Positions 53,200 to 64,000 of a DNA stretch of 64,000 bases are shown one piece after another. The translations under genes and the position numbers were made by a program. Source of the DNA: Auanema rhodensis (lineage: Eukaryota; Animalia; Nematoda). How positions within the stretch are numbered: position 1 is the first letter of the stretch; the number at the start of each line of letters is the position of its first letter. Location of the stretch: contig OZ059895.1 of the NCBI GenBank assembly GCA_964057225.1, positions 21,824,001 through 21,888,000 of the forward strand, given 5' to 3'. The notes beneath the pieces are model-generated. The model was given only the letters and a program-made list of their open reading frames with translations, did no database searches and was not told where the DNA came from.

Positions 53200-56100
53200 A
53201 AACGATCATAACTAAATTTTGTATTAAGCGTTTCTCAATGTAGTATTGTGCAATTGATGCGGATTTTTAAGCTGCGTCGATCTGTGTTATCAGATTTGCG
53301 CTAGCTTAAAAATGCACCGAGATATCAACTGATATATGTTCACACTTATATCCTCGATTTTCACCCTGAAGAAATTATTTTTTCGTTGAATAACATTGTC
53401 CATCGTCTTTGCCTTGAAAAAAGGAATCTAAAAACATCTACTTCTTGCTAAATTATTTTGAAATTTTTCGAAAAAATTTTTGTCAAAATGTTTTTGGAAG
53501 CAATGTTGAGTGTACATGGAAACTCAACATACACTAATGCATCATTTTTCAAACGATCATAACTAAATTTTGTATTAAGCGTTTCTCAATGTAGTATAGT
53601 GCATTCGATGCGGATTTTTAAGCTACATCGATCTGTGTTATCAGATTTGCGCTAGCTTAAAAATGCACCGAGATATCAACTGATATAAGTTCACACTTAT
53701 ATCCTCGATTTTCACCCTGAAGAATTAATTTTTTCGTTGAATAACATTGTCCATCGTCTTTGCCTTGAAAAAAAAAATCTGAAAACATCTACTTTTTGCT
53801 AAATTATTTTGAAATTTTTCGAAAAAATTTTTGTCAAAATGTTTTTGGAAGCAATGTTGAGTGTACATGGAAACTCAACATACACTAATGCATCATTTTT
53901 CAAACGATCATAACTAAATTTTGTATTAAGCGTTTCTCAATGTAGTATTGTGCAATTGATGCGGATTTTTAAGCTGCGTCGATCTGTGTTATCAGATTTG
54001 CGCTAGCTTAAAAATGCACCGAGATATCAACTGATATATGTTCACACTTATATCCTCGATTTTCACCCTGAAGAAATTATTTTTTCGTTGAATAACATTG
54101 TCCATCGTCTTTGCCTTGAAAAAAGGAATCTAAAAACATCTACTTCTTGCTAAATTATTTTGAAATTTTTCGAAAAAATTTTTGTCAAAATGTTTTTGGA
54201 AGCAATGTTGAGTGTACATGGAAACTCAACATACACTAATGCATCATTTTTCAAACGATCATAACTAATTTTTGTATTAAGCGTTTCTCAATGTAGTATA
54301 GTGCATTCGATGCGGATTTTTAAGCTACATCGATCTGTGTTATCAGATTTGCGCTAGCTTAAAAATGCACCGAGATATCAACTGATATAAGTTCACACTT
54401 ATATCCTCGATTTTCACCCTGAAGAACTAATTTTTTCGTTGAATGACATTGTCCATCGTCTTTGCCTTGAAAAAAAAAATCTGAAAACATCTACTTTTTG
54501 CTAAATTATTTTGAAATTTTTCGAAAAAATTTTTGTCAAAATGTTTTTGGAAGCAATGTTGAGTGTACATGGAAACTCAACATACACTAATGCATCATTT
54601 TTCAAACGATCATAACTAATTTTTGTATTAAGCGTTTCTCAATGTAGTATAGTGCATTCGATGCGGATTTTTAAGCTGCGTCGATCTGTGTTATCAGATT
54701 TGCGCTAGCTTAAAAATGCACCGAGATATCAACTGATATAAGTTCACACTTATATCCTCGATTTTCACCCTGAAGAATTAATTTTTTCGTTGAATAACAT
54801 TGTCCATCGTCTTTGCCTTGAAAAAAGAAATCTAAAAACATCTACTTTTTGCTAAATTATTTTGAAATTTTTCGAAAAAATTTTTGTCAAAATGTTTTTG
54901 GAAGCAATGTTGAGTGTACATGGAAACTCAACATACACTAATGCATCATTTTTCAAACGATCATAACTAATTTTTGTATTGAGCGTTTCTCATTGTAGTA
55001 TAGTGCATTCGATGCGGATTTTTGAGCTGCGTCGATCTGTGTTATCAGATTTGCGCTAGCTTAAAAATGCACCGAGATATCAACTGATATAAGTTCACAC
55101 TTATATCCTCGATTTTCACCCTGAAGAATTAATTTTTTCGTTGAATAACATTGTCCATCGTCTTTGCCTTAAAAAAAAAAATCTGAAAACATCTACTTTT
55201 TGCTAAATTATTTTGAAATTTTTCGAAAAAATTTTTGTCAAAATGTTTTTGGAAGCAATGTTGAGTGTACATGGAAACTCAACATACACTAATGCATCAT
55301 TTTTCAAACGATCATAACTAATTTTTGTATTAAGCGTTTCTCAATGTAGTATAGTGCATTCGATGCGGATTTTTAAGCTGCGTCGATCTGTGTTATCAGA
55401 TTTGCGCTAGCTTAAAAATGCACCGAGATATCAACTGATATAAGTTCACACTTATATCCTCGATTTTCACCCTGAAGAATTAATTTTTTCGTTGAATAAC
55501 ATTGTCCATCGTCTTTGCCTTGAAAAAAGGAATCTAAAAACATCTACTTCTTGCTAAATTATTTTGAAATTTTTCGAAAAAATTTTTGTCAAAATGTTTT
55601 TGGAAGCAATGTTGAGTGTACATGGAAACTCAACATACACTAATGCATCATTTTTCAAACGATCATAACTAATTTTTGTATTAAGCGTTTCTCAATGTAG
55701 TATAGTGCATTCGATGCGGATTTTTAAGCTACATCGATCTGTGTTATCAGATTTGCGCTAGCTTAAAAATGCACCGAGATATCAACTGATATAAGTTCAC
55801 ACTTATATCCTCGATTTTCACCCTGAAGAATTAATTTTTTCGTTGAATAACATTGTCCATCGTCTTTGCCTTAAAAAAAAAAATCTGAAAACATCTACTT
55901 TTTGCTAAATTATTTTGAAATTTTTCGAAAAAATTTTTGTCAAAATGTTTTTGGAAGCAATGTTGAGTGTACATGGAAACTCAACATACACTAATGCATC
56001 ATTTTTCAAACGATCATAACTAATTTTTGTATTAAGCGTTTCTCAATGTAGTATAGTGCATTCGATGCGGATTTTTAAGCTGCGTCGATCTGTGTTATCA

Positions 56101-58900
56101 GATTTGCGCTAGCTTAAAAATGCACCGAGATATCAACTGATATAAGTTCACACTTATATCCTCGATTTTCACCCTGAAGAATTAATTTTTTCGTTGAATA
56201 ACATTGTCCATCGTCTTTGCCTTGAAAAAAGGAATCTAAAAACATCTACTTCTTGCTAAATTATTTTGAAATTTTTCGAAAAAATTTTTGTCAAAATGTT
56301 TTTGGAAGCAATGTTGAGTGTACATGGAAACTCAACATACACTAATGCATCATTTTTCAAACGATCATAACTAATTTTTGTATTAAGCGTTTCTCAATGT
56401 AGTATAGTGCATTCGATGCGGATTTTTAAGCTACATCGATCTGTGTTATCAGATTTGCGCTAGCTTAAAAATGCACCGAGATATCAACTGATATAAGTTC
56501 ACACTTATATCCTCGATTTTCACCCTGAAGAATTAATTTTTTCGTTGAATAACATTGTCCATCGTCTTTGCCTTGAAAAAAAAAATCTGAAAACATCTAC
56601 TTTTTGCTAAATTATTTTGAAATTTTTCGAAAAAATTTTTGTCAAAATGTTTTTGGAAGCAATGTTGAGTGTACATGGAAACTCAACATACACTAATGCA
56701 TCATTTTTCAAACGATCATAACTAAATTTTGTATTAAGCGTTTCTCAATGTAGTATTGTGCAATTGATGCGGATTTTTAAGCTGCGTCGATCTGTGTTAT
56801 CAGATTTGCGCTAGCTTAAAAATGCACCGAGATATCAACTGATATATGTTCACACTTATATCCTCGATTTTCACCCTGAAGAAATTATTTTTTCGTTGAA
56901 TAACATTGTCCATCGTCTTTGCCTTGAAAAAAGGAATCTAAAAACATCTACTTCTTGCTAAATTATTTTGAAATTTTTCGAAAAAATTTTTGTCAAAATG
57001 TTTTTGGAAGCAATGTTGAGTGTACATGGAAACTCAACATACACTAATGCATCATTTTTCAAACGATCATAACTAATTTTTGTATTAAGCGTTTCTCAAT
57101 GTAGTATAGTGCATTCGATGCGGATTTTTAAGCTACATCGATCTGTGTTATCAGATTTGCGCTAGCTTAAAAATGCACCGAGATATCAACTGATATAAGT
57201 TCACACTTATATCCTCGATTTTCACCCTGAAGAATTAATTTTTTCGTTGAATAACATTGTCCATCGTCTTTGCCTTGAAAGAAAAAAATCTGAAAACATC
57301 TACTTTTTGCTAAATTATTTTGAAATTTTTCGAAAAAATTTTTGTCAAAATGTTTTTGGAAGCAATGTTGAGTGTACATGGAAACTCAACATACACTAAT
57401 GCATCATTTTTCAAACGATCATAACTAATTTTTGTATTAAGCGTTTCTCAATGTAGTATAGTGCATTCGATGCGGATTTTTAAGCTGCGTCGATCTGTGT
57501 TATCAGATTTGCGCTAGCTTAAAAATGCACCGAGATATCAACTGATATAAGTTCACACTTATATCCTCGATTTTCACCCTGAAGAATTAATTTTTTCGTT
57601 GAATAACAATGTCCATCGTCTTTGCCTTGAAAAAAGGAATCTAAAAACATCTACTTTTTGCTAAATTATTCTGAAATTTTTCGAAAAAATTTTTGTCAAA
57701 ATGTTTTTGGAAGCAATGTTGAGTGTACAAGGAAACTCAACATACACTAATGCATCATTTTTCAAACGATCATAACTAATTTTTGTATTAAGCGTTTCTC
57801 AATGTAGTATAGTGCATTCGATGCGGATTTTTAAGCTGCGTCGATCTGTGTTATCAGATTTGCGCCAGCTTAAAAATGCACCGAGATATCAACTGATATA
57901 TGTTCACACTTATATCCTCGATTTTCACCCTGAAGAAATTATTTTTTCGTTGAATAACATTGTCCATCGTCTTTGCCTTGAAAAAAGGAATCTAAAAACA
58001 TCTACTTCTTGCTAAATTATTTTGAAATTTTTCGAAAAAATTTTTGTCAAAATGTTTTTGGAAGCAATGTTGAGTGTACATGGAAACTCAACATACACTA
58101 ATGCATCATTTTTCAAACGATCATAACTTATTTTTGTATTAAGCGTTTCTCAATGTAGTATAGTGCATTCGATGCGGATTTTTAAGCTACATCGATCTGT
58201 GTTATCAGATTTGCGCTAGCTTAAAAATGCACCGAGATATCAACTGATATAAGTTCACACTTATATCCTCGATTTTCACCCTGAAGAATTAATTTTTTCG
58301 TTGAATAACATTGTCCATCGTCTTTGCCTTGAAAAAAGGAATCTAAAAACATCTACTTTTTGCTAAATTATTCTGAAATTTTTCGAAAAAATTTTTGTCA
58401 AAATGTTTTTGGAAGCAATGTTGAGTGTACATGGAAACTCAACATACACTAATGCATCATTTTTCAAACGATCATAACTAATTTTTGTATTAAGCGTTTC
58501 TCAATGTAGTATAGTGCATTCGATGCGGATTTTTAAGCTGCGTCGATCTGTGTTATCAGATTTGCGCTAGCTTAAAAATGCACCGAGATATCAACTGATA
58601 TATGTTCACACTTATATCCTCGATTTTCACCCTGAAGAAATTATTTTTTCGTTGAATAACATTGTCCATCGTCTTTGCCTTGAAAAAAGGAATCTAAAAA
58701 CATCTACTTCTTGCTAAATTATTTTGAAATTTTTCGAAAAAATTTTTGTCAAAATGTTTTTGGAAGCAATGTTGAGTGTACATGGAAACTCAACATACAC
58801 TAATGCATCATTTTTCAAACGATCATAACTAATTTTTGTATTAAGCGTTTCTCAATGTAGTATAGTGCATTCGATGCGGATTTTTAAGCTACATCGATCT
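53200..58900. repeat. Diverged sub-family domain with mostly 2-monomer periodicity
   Basis: AGCTACATCG occurs at 53625, 54327, 55731, 56433, 57135, 58189 and 58891 (gaps 702, 1404, 702, 702, 1054, 702). It travels with CTTCTTGC, and several copies also carry GAAATTATT, TATATGTT and TATTGTGCAATTG. Confidence 0.88.
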
Positions 58901-61397
58901 GTGTTATCAGATTTGCGCTAGCTTAAAAATGCACCGAGATATCAACTGATATAAGTTCACACTTATATCCTCGATTTTCACCCTGAAGAATTAATTTTTT
59001 CGTTGAATAACATTGTCCATCGTCTTTGCCTTGAAAAAAAAAATCTGAAAACATCTACTTTTTGCTAAATTATTTTGAAATTTTTCGAAAAAATTTTTGT
59101 CAAAATGTTTTTGGAAGCAATGTTGAGTGTACATGGAAACTCAACATACACTAATGCATCATTTTTCAAACGATCATAACTAATTTTTGTATTAAGCGTT
59201 TCTCAATGTAGTATAGTGCATTCGATGCGGATTTTTAAGCTGCGTCGATCTGTGTTATCAGATTTGCGCTAGCTTAAAAATGCACCGAGATATCAACTGA
59301 TATAAGTTCACACTTATATCCTCGATTTTCACCCTGAAGAATTAATTTTTTCGTTGAATAACAATGTCCATCGTCTTCGCCTTGAAAAAAGGAATCTAAA
59401 AACATCTACTTTTTGCTAAATTATTTTGAAATTTTTCGAAAAAATTTTTGTCAAAATGTTTTTGGAAGCAATGTTGAGTGTACATGGAAACTCAACATAC
59501 ACTAATGCATCATTTTTCGAACGATCATAACTAATTTTTGTATTAAGCGTTTCTCAATGTAGTATAGTGCATTCGATGCGGATTTTTAAGCTGCGTCGAT
59601 CTGTGTTATCAGATTTGCGCTAGCTTAAAAATGCACCGAGATATCAACTGATATAAGTTCACACTTATATCCTCGATTTTCACCCTGAAGAATTAATTTT
59701 TTCGTTGAATAACATCGTCCATCGTCTTCGCCTTGAAAAAAGGAATCTAAAAACATCTACTTTTTGCTAAATTATTTTGAAATTTTTCGAAAAAATTTTT
59801 GTCAAAATGTTTTTGGAAGCAATGTTGAGTGTACATGGAAACTCAACATACACTAATGCATCATTTTTCAAACGATCATAACTAATTTTTGTATTAAGCG
59901 TTTCTCAATGTAGTATAGTGCATTCGATGCGGATTTTTAAGCTGCGTCGATCTGTGTTATCAGATTTGCGCTAGCTTAAAAATGCACCGAGATATCAACT
60001 GATATAAGTTCACACTTATATCCTCGATTTTCACCCTGAAGAATTAATTTTTTCGTTGAATAACATTGTCCATCGTCTTTGCCTTGAAAAAAAAAATCTG
60101 AAAACATCTACTTTTTGCTAAATTATTTTGAAATTTTTCGAAAAAATTTTTGTCAAAATGTTTTTGGAAGCAATGTTGAGTGTACATGGAAACTCAACAT
60201 ACACTAATGCATCATTTTTCAAACGATCATAACTAATTTTTGTATTAAGCGTTTCTCAATGTAGTATAGTGCATTCGATGCGGATTTTTAAGCTGCGTCG
60301 ATCTGTGTTATCAGATTTGCGCTAGCTTAAAAATGCACCGAGATATCAACTGATATAAGTTCACACTTATATCCTCGATTTTCACCCTGAAGAATTAATT
60401 TTTTCGTTGAATAACATCGTCCATCGTCTTCGCCTTGAAAAAAGGAATCTAAAAACATCTACTTTTTGCTAAATTATTTTGAAATTTTTCGAAAAAATTT
60501 TTGTCAAAATGTTTTTGGAAGCAATGTTGAGTGTACATGGAAACTCAACATACACTAATGCATCATTTTTCAAACGATCATAACTAATTTTTGTATTAAG
60601 CGTTTCTCAATGTAGTATAGTGCATTCGATGCGGATTTTTAAGCTGCGTCGATCTGTGTTATCAGATTTGCGCTAGCTTAAAAATGCACCGAGATATCAA
60701 CTGATATAAGTTCACACATATATCCTCGATTTTCACCCTGAAGAATTAATTTTTTCGTTGAATAACATCGTCCATCGTCTTCGCCTTGAAAAAAGGAATC
60801 TAAAAACATCTACTTTTTGCTAAATTATTTTGAAATTTTTCGAAAAAATTTTTGTCAAAATGTTTTTGGAAGCAATGTTGAGTGTACATGGAAACTCAAC
60901 ATACACTAATGCATCATTTTTCAAACGATCATAACTAATTTTTGTATTAAGCGTTTCTCAATGTAGTATAGTGCATTCGATGCGGATTTTTAAGCTGCGT
61001 CGATCTGTGTTATCAGATTTGCGCTAGCTTAAAAATGCACCGAGATATCAACTGATATAAGTTCACACTTATATCCTCGATTTTCACCCTGAAGAATTAA
61101 TTTTTTCGTTGAATAACATTGTCCATCGTCTTTGCCTTGAAAAAAAAAAATCTGAAAACATCTACTTTTTGCTAAATTATTTTGAAATTTTTCGAAAAAA
61201 TTTTTGTGAAAATGTTTTTGGAAGCAATGTTGAGTGTACATGGAAACTCAACATACACTAATGCATCATTTTTCAAACGATCATAACTAATTTTTGTATT
61301 AAGCGTTTCTCAATGTACTATAGTGCATTCGATGCGGATTTTTAAGCTGCGTCGATCTGTGTTATCAGATTTGCGCTAGCTTAAAAATGCACCGAGA

Positions 61398-64000
61398 TAT
61401 CAACTGATATAAGTTCACACTTATATCCTCGATTTTCACCCTGAAGAATTAATTTTTTCGTTGAATAACATTGTCCATCGTCTTTGCCTTGAAAAAAAAA
61501 ATCTGAAAACATCTACTTTTTGCTAAATTATTTTGAAATTTTTCGAAAAAATTTTTGTCAAAATGTTTTTGGAAGCAATGTTGAGTGTACATGGAAACTC
61601 AACATACACTAATGCATCATTTTTCAAACGATCATAACTAATTTTTGTATTAAGCGTTTCTCAATGTAGTATAGTGCATTCGATGCGGATTTTTAAGCTG
61701 CGTCGATCTGTGTTATCAGATTTGCGCTAGCTTAAAAATGCACCGAGATATCAACTGATATAAGTTCACACTTATATCCTCGATTTTCACCCTGAAGAAT
61801 TAATTTTTTCGTTGAATAACAATGTCCATCGTCTTTGCCTTGAAAAAAGGAATCTAAAAACATCTACTTTTTGCTAAATTATTCTGAAATTTTTCGAAAA
61901 AATTTTTGTCAAAATGTTTTTGGAAGCAATGTTGAGTGTACATGGAAACTCAACATACACTAATGCATCATTTTTCAAACGATCATAACTAATTTTTGTA
62001 TTAAGCGTTTCTCAATGTAGTATAGTGCATTCGATGCGGATTTTTAAGCTGCGTCGATCTGTGTTATCAGATTTGCGCTAGCTTAAAAATGCACCGAGAT
62101 ATCAACTGATATAAGTTCACACTTATATCCTCGATTTTCACCCTGAAGAATTAATTTTTTCGTTGAATAACATTGTCCATCGTCTTTGCCTTGAAAAAAA
62201 AAATCTGAAAACATCTACTTTTTGCTAAATTATTTTGAAATTTTTCGAAAAAATTTTTGTCAAAATGTTTTTGGAAGCAATGTTGAGTGTACATGGAAAC
62301 TCAACATACACTAATGCATCATTTTTCAAACGATCATAACTAATTTTTGTATTAAGCGTTTCTCAATGTAGTATAGTGCATTCGATGCGGATTTTTAAGC
62401 TGCGTCGATCTGTGTTATCAGATTTGCGCTAGCTTAAAAATGCACCGAGATATCAACTGATATAAGTTCACACTTATATCCTCGATTTTCACCCTGAAGA
62501 ATTAATTTTTTCGTTGAATAACAATGTCCATCGTCTTCGCCTTGAAAAAAGGAATCTAAAAACATCTACTTTTCGCTAAATTATTTTGAAATTTTTCGAA
62601 AAAATTTTTGTCAAAATGTTTTTGGAAGCAATGTTGAGTGTACATGGAAACTCAACATACACTAATGCATCATTTTTCAAACGATCATAACTAATTTTTG
62701 TATTAAGCGTTTCTCAATGTAGTATAGTGAATTCGATGCGGATTTTTAAGCTGCGTCGATCTGTGTTATCAGATTTGCGCTAGCTTAAAAATGCACCGAG
62801 ATATCAACTGATATAAGTTCACACTTATATCCTCGATTTTCACCCTGAAGAATTAATTTTTTCGTTGAATAACATTGTCCATCGTCTTTGCCTTGAAAAA
62901 AAAAATCTGAAAACATCTACTTTTTGCTAAATTATTTTGAAATTTTTCGAAAAAATTTTTGTCAAAATGTTTTTGGAAGCAATGTTGAGTGTACATGGAA
63001 ACTCAACATACACTAATGCATCATTTTTCAAACGATCATAACTAATTTTTGTATTAAGCGTTTCTCAATGTAGTATAGTGCATTCGATGCGGATTTTTAA
63101 GCTGCGTCGATCTGTGTTATCAGATTTGCGCTAGCTTAAAAATGCACCGAGATATCAACTGATATAAGTTCACACTTATATCCTCGATTTTCACCCTGAA
63201 GAATTAATTTTTTCGTTGAATAACAATGTCCATCGTCTTTGCCTTGAAAAAAGGAATCTAAAAACATCTACTTTTTGCTAAATTATTCTGAAATTTTTCG
63301 AAAAAATTTTTGTCAAAATGTTTTTGGAAGCAATGTTGAGTGTACATGGAAACTCAACATACACTAATGCATCATTTTTCAAACGATCATAACTAATTTT
63401 TGTATTAAGCGTTTCTCAATGTAGTATAGTGCATTCGATGCGGATTTTTAAGCTGCGTCGATCTGTGTTATCAGATTTGCGCTAGCTTAAAAATGCACCG
63501 AGATATCAACTGATATAAGTTCACACTTATATCCTCGATTTTCACCCTGAAGAATTAATTTTTTCGTTGAATAACATTGTCCATCGTCTTTGCCTTGAAA
63601 AAAAAAATCTGAAAACATCTACTTTTTGCTAAATTATTTTGAAATTTTTCGAAAAAATTTTTGTCAAAATGTTTTTGGAAGCAATGTTGAGTGTACATGG
63701 AAACTCAACATACACTAATGCATCATTTTTCAAACGATCATAACTAATTTTTGTATTAAGCGTTTCTCAATGTAGTATAGTGCATTCGATGCGGATTTTT
63801 AAGCTGCGTCGATCTGTGTTATCAGATTTGCGCTAGCTTAAAAATGCACCGAGATATCAACTGATATAAGTTTACACTTATATCCTCGATTTTCACCCTG
63901 AAGAATTAATTTTTTCGTTGAATAACAATGTCAATCGTCTTCGCCTTGAAAAAAGGAATCTAAAAACATCTACTTTTTGCTAAATTATTTTGAAATTTTT
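61398..64000. repeat. Strictly alternating dimer (702-bp) domain
   Basis: Monomers alternate between ACATTG...G(A)10TCTG (61491, 62193, 62895, 63597) and ACAATG...GAAAAAAGGAATCTA (61842, 62544, 63246, 63948). Confidence 0.85.

Larger units (their letters stand above)
1..64000. repeat. Tandem satellite DNA array, 351-bp monomer, about 182.4 copies, single orientation, extends beyond both window edges
   Basis: TATCAACTGATA recurs at 1, 352, 703, 1054, 1405, 1756, 2107, 2457, 2808 ... 63855. 182 x 351 = 63882 versus 63854 observed, a net -28 bp fully explained by the small indels I tallied. No non-monomer sequence was seen. Confidence 0.99.

Noticed and set aside
57167-61241. ORFs at 57167-57379, 57812-58015 and 61029-61241
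   Set aside because: Two result from +1 insertions in the purine tract joining frames, and one from stop-loss variants (m331C, m15T). No recognisable protein features.
1-64000. CRISPR array or other repeat-spacer system
   Set aside because: There are no unique spacers: the full 351 bp repeats. No cas or other genes are present.
1-64000. Artefact such as a rolling-circle or concatemer read of one 351-bp circle
   Set aside because: Variants are shared between copies in linked, hierarchically duplicated and spatially clustered patterns, which random sequencing error on one template would not produce. Local mis-assembly of individual blocks is still possible.

Overview
The whole 64 kb window is one uninterrupted, head-to-tail tandem array of a 351-bp AT-rich satellite monomer (hand count of the consensus: 110/351 = 31% GC). 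It holds 182 complete monomers (first starts at 1, last complete one ends at 63854) plus a 146-bp partial copy, all in the same orientation and typically differing from the consensus by only a few bases. I found no genes, RNA genes, CRISPR spacers, transposon insertions, inversions or unique sequence. The six listed ORFs are by-products of single stop-loss or frameshift variants in individual monomers. This architecture fits eukaryotic centromeric or pericentromeric satellite DNA; I do not recognise the family or organism. The information lies at two scales. (i) About half of the monomer sits in inverted repeats or hairpins, some mutually exclusive. (ii) Private variants show layered, local higher-order repeats (2-, 3-, 3/4-, 9/10-, 10- and 15-monomer periods), spatial turnover of haplotypes, and clustered multi-substitution tracts. 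I cannot support a new gene-encoded system here. The best candidate for something undescribed is the satellite family itself, as a dyad-rich candidate centromeric repeat. 'm' numbers are positions within the monomer, with m1 = the T of TATCAACTGA.
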